Assembly: GCA_949292775.1 (NCBI GenBank)
Contig: CASFBL010000017.1
Coordinates: 2,387-66,386 of the forward strand
Direction: 5' to 3'
Origin: an uncultured Eubacteriales bacterium
GTDB taxonomy: Bacteria > Bacillota > Clostridia > Oscillospirales > Acutalibacteraceae
DNA length: 64,000 nucleotides
Position 1 is the stretch's first letter. Each line of letters begins with the position of its first letter. The position numbers and the translations under genes are program-made. Under the pieces are notes generated by a model. The model searched no databases, was not told where the DNA came from, and was given only the letters and a program-made list of their open reading frames with translations. Positions 27,364 through 36,831 of the stretch are shown in pieces.

Positions 27364-29154
27364 ATGGACAGTATGCAAGGCATCAAACGGACGCATTACT
27401 GCGGCGACCTGCGCGCGGCGGATATCGGCAAAACCGTGACCGTGTGCGGCTGGGTGCAGAAGCAGCGCGATCTCGGCGCATTGATTTTTGTCGATTTGCG
27501 CGACAGAACCGGCATTTTGCAGCTTGCGTTTACCGAAAGCACGGACCGCGAGGTCTTCGGCAAGGCATTCACACTTCGCAGCGAATATGTGGTGGCGGCA
27601 ACCGGCGTTGTGCGCGAGCGCGCGGCGAAAAATCCGGAGCTTCCCACCGGCGATGTGGAACTGGAAGTGCAGGCACTTTCCCTGCTTGCCAAAAGCGAGA
27701 CCCCGCCGTTTGAAATTGTTGAAAACTCGCAGACCTCGGAGCTGACGCGGTTAAAATATCGTTATCTTGATTTGCGACGCCCGGATTTGCAGAAAAATAT
27801 TTTGATGCGGCACAAAATTGCCAAAATCACGCGGGATTTCTTTGACGAAAACGGGTTTATTGAAATTGAAACCCCCATGCTGATTCGTTCCACGCCGGAA
27901 GGGGCGCGCGACTTCCTGGTGCCGTCCAGAATCCACAAAGGCAGCTTTTATGCCCTCCCGCAATCGCCCCAGCTTTACAAACAGCTTTCCATGGTCGCGG
28001 GCTTTGACCGTTACATGCAAATTGCGCGCTGCTTCCGCGATGAGGATTTGCGCGCCGACCGTCAGCCGGAATTCACCCAAATCGACCTTGAAATGTCGTT
28101 TGTCGATATGGAAGATGTTTTGGAAATGGGCGAGCGCTATATTCAGCGTGTGTTTAAGGACGCAATCGGTGTGGATATCGCTCTGCCCCTGCCGCGGCTG
28201 ACTTACCGCGAGGCAATGGAGCGTTACGGCTCAGACAAGCCCGATACCCGTTACGGCATGGAGCTTTGCAATTTGACCGATGCGGTGCGCGGGAGCGAGT
28301 TTGCCGTGTTCCGCGGCGCAATTGAAGGCGGCGGCAGTGTCCGTGCCATCAACGCGAAAAACGCCGCAAGTGTTTTAACGCGCAAAGAGATTGATAAATT
28401 GACCGAATTCGTCCGCGGCATCGGCGCGAAAGGCCTTGCCTGGGTGCGCATGAATCCCGACGGCATGGCGTCTTCGTTTGCGAAATTTATGACGGATGCC
28501 GAAATGCAGGCGATTTTAGAAAAAACCGGCGCCGAAACCGGCGATGTTTTGCTGGTTGTGGCGGATGCCAACGACAGCCATGTGCTGTCTGTGCTCGGCG
28601 CGCTGCGCCAGACTGTCGCGCAGAAGCTCGACATTATTCCGAAAGACCAGTTTAACCTTTTGTGGATTACCGAATTCCCGTTCTTTGAATATGACGAAGA
28701 ACTCGGCGAATTTGTCGCGATGCACCACCCGTTCACCGCGCCCATGGATGAATGCCTGCCTTATCTCGAATCCGACAAAGCGCGTGTGCGCGCCAAGGCA
28801 TATGACATGGTGCTCAACGGCATTGAGCTGTCGAGCGGCTCTATTCGTATCACCGACCCCGAGCTGCAGGGCAGAATTTTCACCCTCTTAGGGCTTTCCG
28901 ACGAAGAAGCCAAGGAAAAATTCGGCTATCTGCTGGAAGCTTTCCGTTACGGCGCACCGCCGCACGGCGGTATGGGGCTTGGCCTTGACCGGCTTTGCAT
29001 GCAGATGCTGCAAACGGAGTCGCTTCGCGATGTTGTCGCCTATCCGAAGGTGCAGAACGCTTCCGAGCCGATGACCGAGTGCCCCGCCGCGGTAGATGAC
29101 CTCCAGCTTTCCGACCTCGGCATTGCCGTGACGCAAAAAGAAAAACAGGAATAA
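27364..29154 (+). CDS. aspS: Aspartyl-tRNA synthetase
   Basis: N-terminal OB-fold, then FRDEDLRADRQPEFTQID, GIELSSGSIRI and the C-terminal GGMGLGLDRL. Confidence 0.95.
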   Translation: MDSMQGIKRTHYCGDLRAADIGKTVTVCGWVQKQRDLGALIFVDLRDRTGILQLAFTESTDREVFGKAFTLRSEYVVAATGVVRERAAKNPELPTGDVELEVQALSLLAKSETPPFEIVENSQTSELTRLKYRYLDLRRPDLQKNILMRHKIAKITRDFFDENGFIEIETPMLIRSTPEGARDFLVPSRIHKGSFYALPQSPQLYKQLSMVAGFDRYMQIARCFRDEDLRADRQPEFTQIDLEMSFVDMEDVLEMGERYIQRVFKDAIGVDIALPLPRLTYREAMERYGSDKPDTRYGMELCNLTDAVRGSEFAVFRGAIEGGGSVRAINAKNAASVLTRKEIDKLTEFVRGIGAKGLAWVRMNPDGMASSFAKFMTDAEMQAILEKTGAETGDVLLVVADANDSHVLSVLGALRQTVAQKLDIIPKDQFNLLWITEFPFFEYDEELGEFVAMHHPFTAPMDECLPYLESDKARVRAKAYDMVLNGIELSSGSIRITDPELQGRIFTLLGLSDEEAKEKFGYLLEAFRYGAPPHGGMGLGLDRLCMQMLQTESLRDVVAYPKVQNASEPMTECPAAVDDLQLSDLGIAVTQKEKQE

Positions 29155-29164
29155 CAAAACCTAA

Positions 29165-29192
29165 AGGACCGTCATTTGACGGTCCTTTTTTG
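29165..29192 (+). terminator. Rho-independent terminator after aspS
   Basis: AGGACCGTC-ATTT-GACGGTCCT followed by TTTTTT. Confidence 0.75.
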
Positions 29193-29280
29193 TGGCGTGT
29201 GCCGACGCGCGGCGAATCGAGGCATTTACTTTGTAATAAAAACAGCCTTGTCCTCCCGACATCAGCATTGATGAAATAAT

Positions 29281-30287
29281 GTAGGGGGCGGCGTTCCACC
29301 GCCGCCCTTAGTGCCGCCGGGCACACCGAATTCGAGCAGATAGTGTGTGCAGGAGGAAATTTTTTGCCCGGTATCGGCTTTGCGCGTGTCACGGTGACGG
29401 CGCACAGTGCCGCCGGGCACACCGAATCGCGTAGAGAGCAGTTGTAAGGCTTTATTTCAAAAGCCCGGTATCGACTTTCATCAAATTGTCATTTGTAGGG
29501 GCGGGACTCCGTGCCCGCCCGTATGGTTACAGCGATGCTGCTGCCGGGTTAAGAAAATCAAGGTAAAATTCCACTACCTGCGCGCATTTGCCGTGCGGCA
29601 GCCCGCACCACGATTCGCTGCGGTCGGCACCGCCGCAATTTTCTCTCCCTCCGTCTTTTGCCTGCGGCAAAATCCACCTCCCTCGTCAGAGGGAGGAAAA
29701 GAAACCACAAGCTTGCAAACAGTCACCGTTTTTTCGCGCCTAAAAACCGTGCCCCCTCTGACGAGGGGGCTGTCGCACCTCGTGCGACTGGGGGAGAGAA
29801 TACAAGACACGCGGACAGGGGCAAGGGCTGTCCGTCAAAGTTTACACAAAGCCGGTGAAAAGATAAATAAACGCGGGCGGGCACGGAGTCCCGCCCCTAC
29901 AACGCATACAATAACACATCAGCAAAGCCGCTTCCGGGTTGCGAAAGAAAAAGCAAAATCAGACCGCCTACGCGAATTCGTTGCAAGCCGGCGCGTGCCG
30001 GGGAACCCCCGGCGAGGGTTCCCCACGACAAAACAGTCCACCGGACTGTTTTGTCTCCCCTCCTGCGCTTTATAAGGCAAGAAATTTCGCTCCGTGCGCG
30101 GAGCGACCAAAGGCTTTACCTTTGGATTCCACCGCCTTTGAAAAGGCGGGCGAAACTTTATATGCGGGCAGATGGTTTGCGAAAAACGATACATTTCCGC
30201 CCGACCGAAGGGCTCATCTATCTGTAGGGGCGGGGTTTCATCCCCGCCCGCAAGGTTACAGCAAAGCTGCTTCCGGGTTAAGAAAGT
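29281..30287. repeat. About 1 kb gene-free array of modular repeats (M1, M2, M3, M4 and type C) in both orientations
   Basis: M3 hairpins lie at 29281-29310, 29494-29524, 29871-29903 (inverted) and 30225-30255. M1 lies at 29313-29345, 29409-29440 and 29965-29990 (inverted). M2 lies at 29365-29395 and 29463-29480. M4 (GGTTACAGC..CCGGGTTAAGAAA) lies at 29524-29555 and 30255-30287. Confidence 0.7.
29641..29802. repeat. Composite intergenic repeat (type C), inverted orientation
   Basis: TTCTCTCCCTCCG...CCTCCCTCGTCAGAGGGAGG...CCCCCTCTGACGAGGGGG...CTGGGGGAGAGAA is the reverse complement of the 2783-2997 element. Confidence 0.7.
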
Positions 30288-30348
30288 TTTGCCTTGTACA
30301 TAGTCCCTACACGCGTTCGCCGTGCGCCGGCGCGCACCAAAGTTTTTG

Positions 30349-30377
30349 TTGAGATATAGGCAAAAGTGTGTTATACT
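30349..30377 (+). promoter_or_regulatory. Candidate sigma-A promoter of proBA
   Basis: TTGAGA, 17 nt spacer, TATACT. Confidence 0.55.
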
Positions 30378-30422
30378 GTTTATACTTATAACTATGTCTA
30401 TTTTTAGAGTGAGGCGGAGATT

Positions 30423-31217
30423 TTGGCAGTTTTGAAACAAGTAAAACGCATGGTTGTCAAGGTGGGTACCTCCACGCTGACCTATGACACCGGGCGGACG
30501 AATATCCGAAGAATGCACAAGCTCGTGTCGGTGCTTTCCGACATTGTCAATTCCGGCATTGAGGTCGCACTGGTGACCTCGGGCGCTATCGGCGTCGGCG
30601 TTGGGAAACTGGGGCTTTCCTGCCGTCCCGAAGACACTCCCGGCCGACAGGCAGCCGCCACCGTCGGGCAGTGTGAGCTGATGTTTATGTATGATAAGCT
30701 TTTCGCCGAATACGGGCACACCGTCGGGCAAATGCTCATCACCAAAAGCGATGTGGACAACGCTGAACGCCGCCAAAACTTAATCAACGCCTTTGAAAAG
30801 ATATTTGAATTCGGGGCAATCCCGATTATCAACGAAAACGACAGCGTTGCCGTCGAAGAAATCGTCTACGGCGACAACGACAGCCTTTCCGCTATCGTGG
30901 CGGAACTCATCGGCGCGGACGCGCTGGTGATTTTAACCGACATTGACGGGCTTTATGACGCGAACCCCACCGAAAACGAGGACGCGCGCCTCATTCCGGA
31001 AGTCCGGGAAATCACGCCGGCGCTTTTGGAAATTGCCGGCGGTCACGGCTCGCGGTTCTCGACAGGCGGCATGGTCACAAAGCTCCACGCCGCGCAGATT
31101 GCGATGGACGCCGGAATCGATGTTATTGTTATGAACGGTTCTGCGCCGGAAGCGATTTATAAAGCGCTCGACGGCAAACAGGTCGGCACCTTCTTTGTCG
31201 GCAAAAAAGAGAAATAA
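30423..31217 (+). CDS. proB: Glutamate 5-kinase (short form without PUA domain)
   Basis: VVKVGTSTLT, VTSGAIGVG and NENDSVA. The start is a TTG after GGAG. An alternative ATG lies at 30450. Confidence 0.9.
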   Translation: MAVLKQVKRMVVKVGTSTLTYDTGRTNIRRMHKLVSVLSDIVNSGIEVALVTSGAIGVGVGKLGLSCRPEDTPGRQAAATVGQCELMFMYDKLFAEYGHTVGQMLITKSDVDNAERRQNLINAFEKIFEFGAIPIINENDSVAVEEIVYGDNDSLSAIVAELIGADALVILTDIDGLYDANPTENEDARLIPEVREITPALLEIAGGHGSRFSTGGMVTKLHAAQIAMDAGIDVIVMNGSAPEAIYKALDGKQVGTFFVGKKEK

Positions 31218-31245
31218 TACGGATTTTCCGGGAAAGCGTGTTCCT

Positions 31246-32493
31246 ATGACGACAATGGAAGCCCTCGGCGCGCGGGCAAAAGCCGCCGCAAGACCGCTTC
31301 AGACAGCGGCAACCGAAACCAAAAATCAGGCGCTATTGAAAATTGCAGACGCACTTTTAAAAAACTGCGCCTATATTCTTTCTGAAAATGAAAAAGATTT
31401 ACAAGCCGGGCGCAAAAACGGCATGGCGCCGTCTCTTTTAGACAGATTGGCTTTAAGCGAAGCGCGTGTCGCCGGCATGGCAAAGGGCGTCAGCGATGTG
31501 GCAAAGCTTCCTGACCCGGTCGGCGCGGTGCTTTCCGAAACCGAGCGCGAAAACGGGCTGAAAATTCAAAAGGTCGCCGTGCCCTTGGGCGTCATCGCCG
31601 TGATTTTTGAGGCACGCCCCAATGTCACAAGCGACGCCGCGGCGCTTTGCTTAAAATCCGGCAACGCGGTGATTTTGCGCGGCGGCAAGGAAGCAATTCA
31701 CTCCAACACCGCGATTACCAAAGTTATGCGTGACGCGCTTGGGGAAACAGAGTTGCCTGCGGATTGTGTGCAGCTTGTCGAAGACACCTCGCGTGAGAGC
31801 GCGACCGCACTCATGCGCTTAAACGGCTATGTCGATGTGCTGATTCCGCGTGGCGGGGCGGGACTTATCCGCTCTGTGGTAGAAAACGCGACCGTGCCGG
31901 TGATTGAAACCGGTGTGGGCAACTGCCATATTTATATCGACAAAGACGCCGACATTCAAATGGCGGTGGATATTACCTATAACGCCAAAGCCTCGCGCGT
32001 GTCCGTGTGCAACGCGGCGGAAAGTTTGCTTGTGCACAAAGATATTGCCGAAAAGGTCCTGCCGCCCCTAAAAGCGAAACTCGACGAGAAAAATGTCGAA
32101 CTGCGCGGCGATGAAGCTACGCGCGCTATTCTGCCGGGGATAAAAGCGGCGACCGAAGAAGATTACGCGACCGAATATCTTGACTATATCCTTTCGGTAC
32201 ATATCGTGGATAGTATAGAAGAAGCGATTGACCACATTTACCGCTATTCCACCGGTCACAGCGAGTGCATCGTCACCGAAAATAAAGCGGCGGCAGAAAA
32301 ATTCCTCGCCGAAGTGGATTCCGCGGCGGTCTATCACAACGCCAGCACCCGCTTTACCGACGGCGGCGAATTCGGATTCGGTGCGGAAATCGGCATTTCC
32401 ACCCAAAAACTGCATGCGCGCGGGCCTTTGGGTCTGCCGCAGCTGACTTCGGTCAAATATAAAATTTACGGCAACGGCCAAAGGAGAGAATAA
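31246..32493 (+). CDS. proA: Gamma-glutamyl phosphate reductase
   Basis: Aldehyde-dehydrogenase-type sequence with VCNAAESLLVH and HNASTRFTDGGEFGFGAEIGIST. Start MTTMEAL. Confidence 0.9.
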   Translation: MTTMEALGARAKAAARPLQTAATETKNQALLKIADALLKNCAYILSENEKDLQAGRKNGMAPSLLDRLALSEARVAGMAKGVSDVAKLPDPVGAVLSETERENGLKIQKVAVPLGVIAVIFEARPNVTSDAAALCLKSGNAVILRGGKEAIHSNTAITKVMRDALGETELPADCVQLVEDTSRESATALMRLNGYVDVLIPRGGAGLIRSVVENATVPVIETGVGNCHIYIDKDADIQMAVDITYNAKASRVSVCNAAESLLVHKDIAEKVLPPLKAKLDEKNVELRGDEATRAILPGIKAATEEDYATEYLDYILSVHIVDSIEEAIDHIYRYSTGHSECIVTENKAAAEKFLAEVDSAAVYHNASTRFTDGGEFGFGAEIGISTQKLHARGPLGLPQLTSVKYKIYGNGQRRE

Positions 32494-32495
32494 CC

Positions 32496-33308
32496 ATGGC
32501 GAAAACGACCAAAAAACATAAAAGAGGTGCGCGCCGCTGGGCGTTCCCTCTGGGGCTTCTGATTGCCGTTTTGGCGGTCGTCGGTGCGGTCACGGTTGTT
32601 GTGGCGGGCGTCCGCGTGACCAAAGACGCAATCGACAGCAGCCGGAATTTTGACGAATACAACACCCTGCTCACGCCCGTCGTGATGAACGACCCCGACG
32701 AGTTCGATGACATTACCAAGGCAAATCCGTCGCAGCTTATTGACATTTCGATTTGGTCGATTCTTAAAAGCAACCTTTCCCCCGACCAGTACGAATACGG
32801 CGAGACCGGCATGATTATTCCCGAAGCCGATGTCACTGCCGAATTCCAAAAGCTGTTCGGCACAGAAGTGCAGCCCACCCACGGGACGGTGTCGGGCTAC
32901 GGCTATGAATTCACCTATGACGCGACCAAACAGACCTATTCCATCCCGCTGACCGGCGTTGTGCCGACCTACACCCCCAAGGTTGTAGAGGTGGATAAAA
33001 GCGGCAGCACCATTGTGCTGACCGTCGGCTACCTCGGCGGCGACCAGTGGGCGCAGGACGCAGAGGGCAATATGGTTGCGCCTGAGCCCGATAAATATAT
33101 GAAAGTGACCCTGCGCGAGCGCGACGGGGCATATTATATCAGTGCTTTGCAGTCTACGCTTCCGCCGGAGACCGCGACAACAGCCGCGACCAGCGCGCCG
33201 GAAGAGACTGAAACCCAAACCGAGACCCAAACCGCGGCAGCGGATACAACAGCGGCCGCACAAACAGCGACAGCCGCAGCGGATACGACTGCTGCAGCTG
33301 CGCAATAA
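32496..33308 (+). CDS. Hypothetical membrane-anchored protein with a Thr/Ala-rich repetitive tail
   Basis: Basic N-terminus, one TM helix and a ~190 aa extracytoplasmic domain. The tail is ETETQTETQTAAADTTAAAQTATAAADTTAAAAQ. It lies 2 nt after the proA stop. Confidence 0.6.
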   Translation: MAKTTKKHKRGARRWAFPLGLLIAVLAVVGAVTVVVAGVRVTKDAIDSSRNFDEYNTLLTPVVMNDPDEFDDITKANPSQLIDISIWSILKSNLSPDQYEYGETGMIIPEADVTAEFQKLFGTEVQPTHGTVSGYGYEFTYDATKQTYSIPLTGVVPTYTPKVVEVDKSGSTIVLTVGYLGGDQWAQDAEGNMVAPEPDKYMKVTLRERDGAYYISALQSTLPPETATTAATSAPEETETQTETQTAAADTTAAAQTATAAADTTAAAAQ

Positions 33309-33322
33309 AGGAGAAAACAACA

Positions 33323-33979
33323 ATGGTTCTTATTTCCCCGTCGATTCTTTCCGCCGATTACGGCAATTTGGAAAGGGAGCTCAAACGCCTGACCGCCGCA
33401 GGGGCGGACATGGTGCATATCGATGTGATGGACGGTCACTTTGTGCCGAACATTACACTCGGCGCGCCGGTCGTAAAATGCATCCGCAAAGCGACCAGCC
33501 TGCCGTTTGATGTGCATTTGATGATTGACGACCCGATGAAGTATGTGCCCGATTTCGTCAAAGCCGGTGCTGACCGCATTACCTTCCATGTCGAATGCGG
33601 CAGCGACACCGAAAAGACGATTGATGAGATTTTAGACGCCGGTGTTGAGGCGGGTCTTGCCGTGAAACCCGGCACCCCGGTCGAAACCGTGTTCCCTTAT
33701 CTCGACAAGCTTTCCATGGTGCTTGTGATGACGGTGGAACCGGGCTTCGGCGGGCAGAGCTTTATGGCGGAAACCATGCCGAAAATCGAGCTGCTTCGCC
33801 AAAAATTGCAGGAACTCGGCAAAGAGATGGATATTCAGGTAGACGGCGGCATCAACGCCGAAACGATTGGTGTTGCCGCGCGTGCGGGCGCGAATGTGTT
33901 TGTTTCGGGCAACGCGCTGTTTTCCGCCGAGGACATGCGTGCGCGCATTGCAGAATTCAAGGCGCTTGCCGAAGTCTAA
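33323..33979 (+). CDS. rpe: Ribulose-phosphate 3-epimerase
   Basis: SILSAD, HIDVMDGHFVPN, TVEPGFGGQ and VDGGIN. Confidence 0.95.
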   Translation: MVLISPSILSADYGNLERELKRLTAAGADMVHIDVMDGHFVPNITLGAPVVKCIRKATSLPFDVHLMIDDPMKYVPDFVKAGADRITFHVECGSDTEKTIDEILDAGVEAGLAVKPGTPVETVFPYLDKLSMVLVMTVEPGFGGQSFMAETMPKIELLRQKLQELGKEMDIQVDGGINAETIGVAARAGANVFVSGNALFSAEDMRARIAEFKALAEV

Positions 33980-34502
33980 CGGGCGCGGCGTGCTCTTTTA
34001 AATAGGCCAGCGACTGGGGCGTTACGCGGCAAAGCGTGCCGTATTCCGACAGGCGCATGGCGGCGCGGCGCGTTTCCAGAACGCTCGCAAAACGAAAAAC
34101 ACCGGCAAAGCGGTCGCCGTCTTTGTAAAATGTATAGGCGGACGGCGAAAAAAGCCCGGCTTTCAGCTGTAAAAGCAGGTCGAGAAAATCGTCTGTGCTC
34201 TGTGTATGCAGCAAAAGCGTTCGGTTTTCCGCTTTGACCAGCAGCCGTTTTTCGTGCGCTGTGGAGGAAAGCAAAACAATGCAGCCTCCCCCAGAACCGG
34301 GCAGGACATCGACCCGCAGCATTCTTGCGGCAGGGTTCGTCCAGCCAAGCGTAGTTTTGGCACGCGTCAAAATATCGTGCAGGAGATGAACGGTTTGTTC
34401 GTTCTCCATGCGCATTTCTTCAAAAGTGACCCGGTAACCGTGCAGATCCTCCTGCGTCAGCTCGGCGATCAGGCGGCTCTCCGAGGTTTTATGTAGATGC
34501 AT
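33957..34502 (-). CDS. MecA-like adaptor protein (short form)
   Basis: The start MHLHKTS follows GGGAGGG. The N-terminal LIAELTQEDLHGYRVTFEEM and C-terminal LSEYGTL...YLKEHAAPV resemble the MecA N- and C-terminal signatures. Assigned from memory of the family only. Confidence 0.55.
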   Translation of the reverse strand: MHLHKTSESRLIAELTQEDLHGYRVTFEEMRMENEQTVHLLHDILTRAKTTLGWTNPAARMLRVDVLPGSGGGCIVLLSSTAHEKRLLVKAENRTLLLHTQSTDDFLDLLLQLKAGLFSPSAYTFYKDGDRFAGVFRFASVLETRRAAMRLSEYGTLCRVTPQSLAYLKEHAAPVRLRQAP

Positions 34503-34577
34503 AATACCCTCCCAGATAAACAAATTACGGTTACTATTATCATATTGCGCGGACGAGCTTCTCGCAATGCATAATTT

Positions 34578-35753
34578 ATGGAAAACGAGGTGGATTTTTT
34601 GCGCTCAGAAGAACTTCCGGTACAAAATGGGCAGGTATTTACGCCGGAACTGAAAGCCGAAATACGGCCTACGCGAAAATACATGCTGGATATATTGGCG
34701 ATGCTGTTTGCACCGGTCGTTATGGCGTGGTACTATTACGGCAGCCGTGCGCTTTGGCTGATGGTCATTTCTGTGCTGACAGCCGTTTTTTGCGAACATG
34801 TCGGCGCGCACCTGATTAAATCTCTGCCGACGCTTCGGGACCTTTCTGCGGTGGTGACGGGGCTTCTCGTTGCACTGTGCCTGCCGGTTTCTGTGCCGGT
34901 CTGGGTCGTAATCCTGGCAAGCGCCTTTGCGATTTTGGCTGCCAAACTGCCGTTCGGCAATGCACGAAGCGTGCTGTTTTCCCCGGCGGCGGCCGGACTT
35001 GCGTTTGTAACGATTTGCTTTCCGGATTATGTGTTTGCTTATCCGGCAATTCCCGGCAGCGGCGAGCAGGTCGGCGTTTTTGGGACTTCCACTTTCACCG
35101 CGGGCATGTCTCTTTCGCAAATGCTTACGCAAAGCACCTCGGTGGGCGGCGGCGCGGCAAGCTATTTGGATATTTTAATCGGCAATTTCCCCGGGGCAAT
35201 GGGCACCGGGTGCGTTATTGCGCTTATCGGCGCACTGCTCTATATGGCGGTGCGGCGCAGAAAGATGTTTGGCGTGGCAGCGGCATTCCTTGTGACCTGC
35301 GCGGTTTATGCCTTTTTGTTCCCCCGCATTATGACCGGCAGACTGGAGTCGGTTTTCATGGAGCTTTCCGGCGGTATGTTGTTATTTGCCGGTGTGCTTA
35401 TTTTGCCGTATGAGGGGCTTTTGCCCAAACGGTTTTACGGCAGGCTGGTCTATGGCGCGGCGGCGGGCCTTATCTGCATGCTGTTTCGCACCTTCGGCAC
35501 TTTTGAAGAGGGTGCGGTGTTTGCCGTTTTAATTGCGAACGCGCTTTCCGGCGCGTGCGACAAAATGCCGGTCTCCCGCTGGGAAAAGAAAGCGCGGGCA
35601 AAGCAAAAGCGCCTTGCACTGGAAGAAGCCCAGCAAAAAGAACAGGAGCAGAAGCGTGCCCAGTGGCTGGAAGAAGACGCTTCCGCAGAAGCGGCACCGG
35701 CCGAAACAGCTGTGACCGATGAAAAAGAACAGGGAGGTGCCGAGCATGTCTGA
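34578..35753 (+). CDS. RnfD/NqrB-family membrane protein, divergent, with a charged C-terminal tail
   Basis: Polytopic. DLSAVVTGLLVALCLP and the overall hydrophobic pattern match RnfD. I could not find an SGAT-type flavinylation motif. Confidence 0.75.
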   Translation: MENEVDFLRSEELPVQNGQVFTPELKAEIRPTRKYMLDILAMLFAPVVMAWYYYGSRALWLMVISVLTAVFCEHVGAHLIKSLPTLRDLSAVVTGLLVALCLPVSVPVWVVILASAFAILAAKLPFGNARSVLFSPAAAGLAFVTICFPDYVFAYPAIPGSGEQVGVFGTSTFTAGMSLSQMLTQSTSVGGGAASYLDILIGNFPGAMGTGCVIALIGALLYMAVRRRKMFGVAAAFLVTCAVYAFLFPRIMTGRLESVFMELSGGMLLFAGVLILPYEGLLPKRFYGRLVYGAAAGLICMLFRTFGTFEEGAVFAVLIANALSGACDKMPVSRWEKKARAKQKRLALEEAQQKEQEQKRAQWLEEDASAEAAPAETAVTDEKEQGGAEHV

Positions 35754-36831
35754 GCGAAACCGAAAGATTTTGGACGGCATCCGCAACAGCGCGCTGATTA
35801 AAAACCCGGTTCTGTTTGAAGCCATTGGTATTGCGCCGATTGCAGCGATTGCGGTGTCCTTAAAGACGGCAATCATTTTGGCTGTGGCATCGTGTCTGGA
35901 ACTTGTGGTTATTGAGCTGTTTACCTGCCTGGCGCTTAAAAAGGTCAAAAGCTATTTCCGAATGCCGGTTTATGCCGCCCTGGGTGTGCTTATCAATTTG
36001 CCGGTGTTCATGTTCTTCTCAAAATTTACACCGAATGAAACGCTCAATGTCGGCATTTTCCTGCCGCTTTTGGCGGTCAATTCGCTGATTGCGCTGCACT
36101 GTGAGCGATTCGCGGTCAAAAATAATTTTAAAGATACCTTTATCGATGCCATTTCCGCAGCGGGCGGTTATGCGTTTGTTTTGCTGTTGGTTGGCACGGC
36201 GCGTGAAATCTTAGGCAGCGGCACGATTTATTCCGTGGATTTGCACCTGCCGGTGCAGTTAAGCGGTATGCTTATGCCGTTCGGCGGGCTTTTGCTGGTT
36301 GGTTTCCTTGCGGCGGCGGTCAAGGCGCTGATTGCAAAACGCTACCCGGAGGAAAAGCCTGAGGACGCGTTCCGCATGCAGGAAATCTCCGAATCGCATG
36401 TCGGTTCGTTCCGCGCGCTGGCGCAGACCGATTTTAACCCCTATGACGATGCGGATGATGAGGAGAAGCCCCGTGCGAAGCGGGAAAAAGTGAAAAAAGA
36501 AAAGCCCGAAAAAGAAAAGCACGGCAAAGAAAAGGCCAAAAAAGAGAAAATCAAAAAAGAGAAACCGAAGAAAAAAGAAAAGCCGCTGAAAAAAGCGGTG
36601 CATTTGGATACAAAATCGGAAAAAGCGCCGGAAAACACACCGGTGCAGGCGCCCGAGCGCCCCGCTCGCCGCGCACGGCACGCAGAGGACGACTACCTGC
36701 TGGAATTTGACGAAATGCTTTCTGAACTGGATTCCTTCAAGAAAAAGCAGGAGCAGTCCAACACAGAAGAGGTGCCCGCTGAAACACCGGCGTCTTCTGA
36801 AGAAACCAAGCAGGACGGTGAAGAGAAATGA
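35746..36831 (+). CDS. RnfE/NqrD-family membrane protein, divergent, with a ~170 aa Lys/Glu-rich tail
   Basis: NPVLFEAIGIAPIAA aligns to the RnfE region N..LVQLLGLCPLLAV, and LPLLAVNSLIALHCERFA aligns to IPLIVTNCIVVGRAEAFA. The start follows GGAGG and overlaps the upstream stop. Confidence 0.75.
   Translation: MSERNRKILDGIRNSALIKNPVLFEAIGIAPIAAIAVSLKTAIILAVASCLELVVIELFTCLALKKVKSYFRMPVYAALGVLINLPVFMFFSKFTPNETLNVGIFLPLLAVNSLIALHCERFAVKNNFKDTFIDAISAAGGYAFVLLLVGTAREILGSGTIYSVDLHLPVQLSGMLMPFGGLLLVGFLAAAVKALIAKRYPEEKPEDAFRMQEISESHVGSFRALAQTDFNPYDDADDEEKPRAKREKVKKEKPEKEKHGKEKAKKEKIKKEKPKKKEKPLKKAVHLDTKSEKAPENTPVQAPERPARRARHAEDDYLLEFDEMLSELDSFKKKQEQSNTEEVPAETPASSEETKQDGEEK

Noticed and set aside
29407-30776. 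Long tracked ORFs 29407-30075 (+, 222 aa) and 29919-30776 (-, 285 aa).
   Set aside because: The sequences are translations of the repeat modules or antisense to proB. They have no RBS, an Arg/Pro/Gly-rich composition and no recognisable domains.
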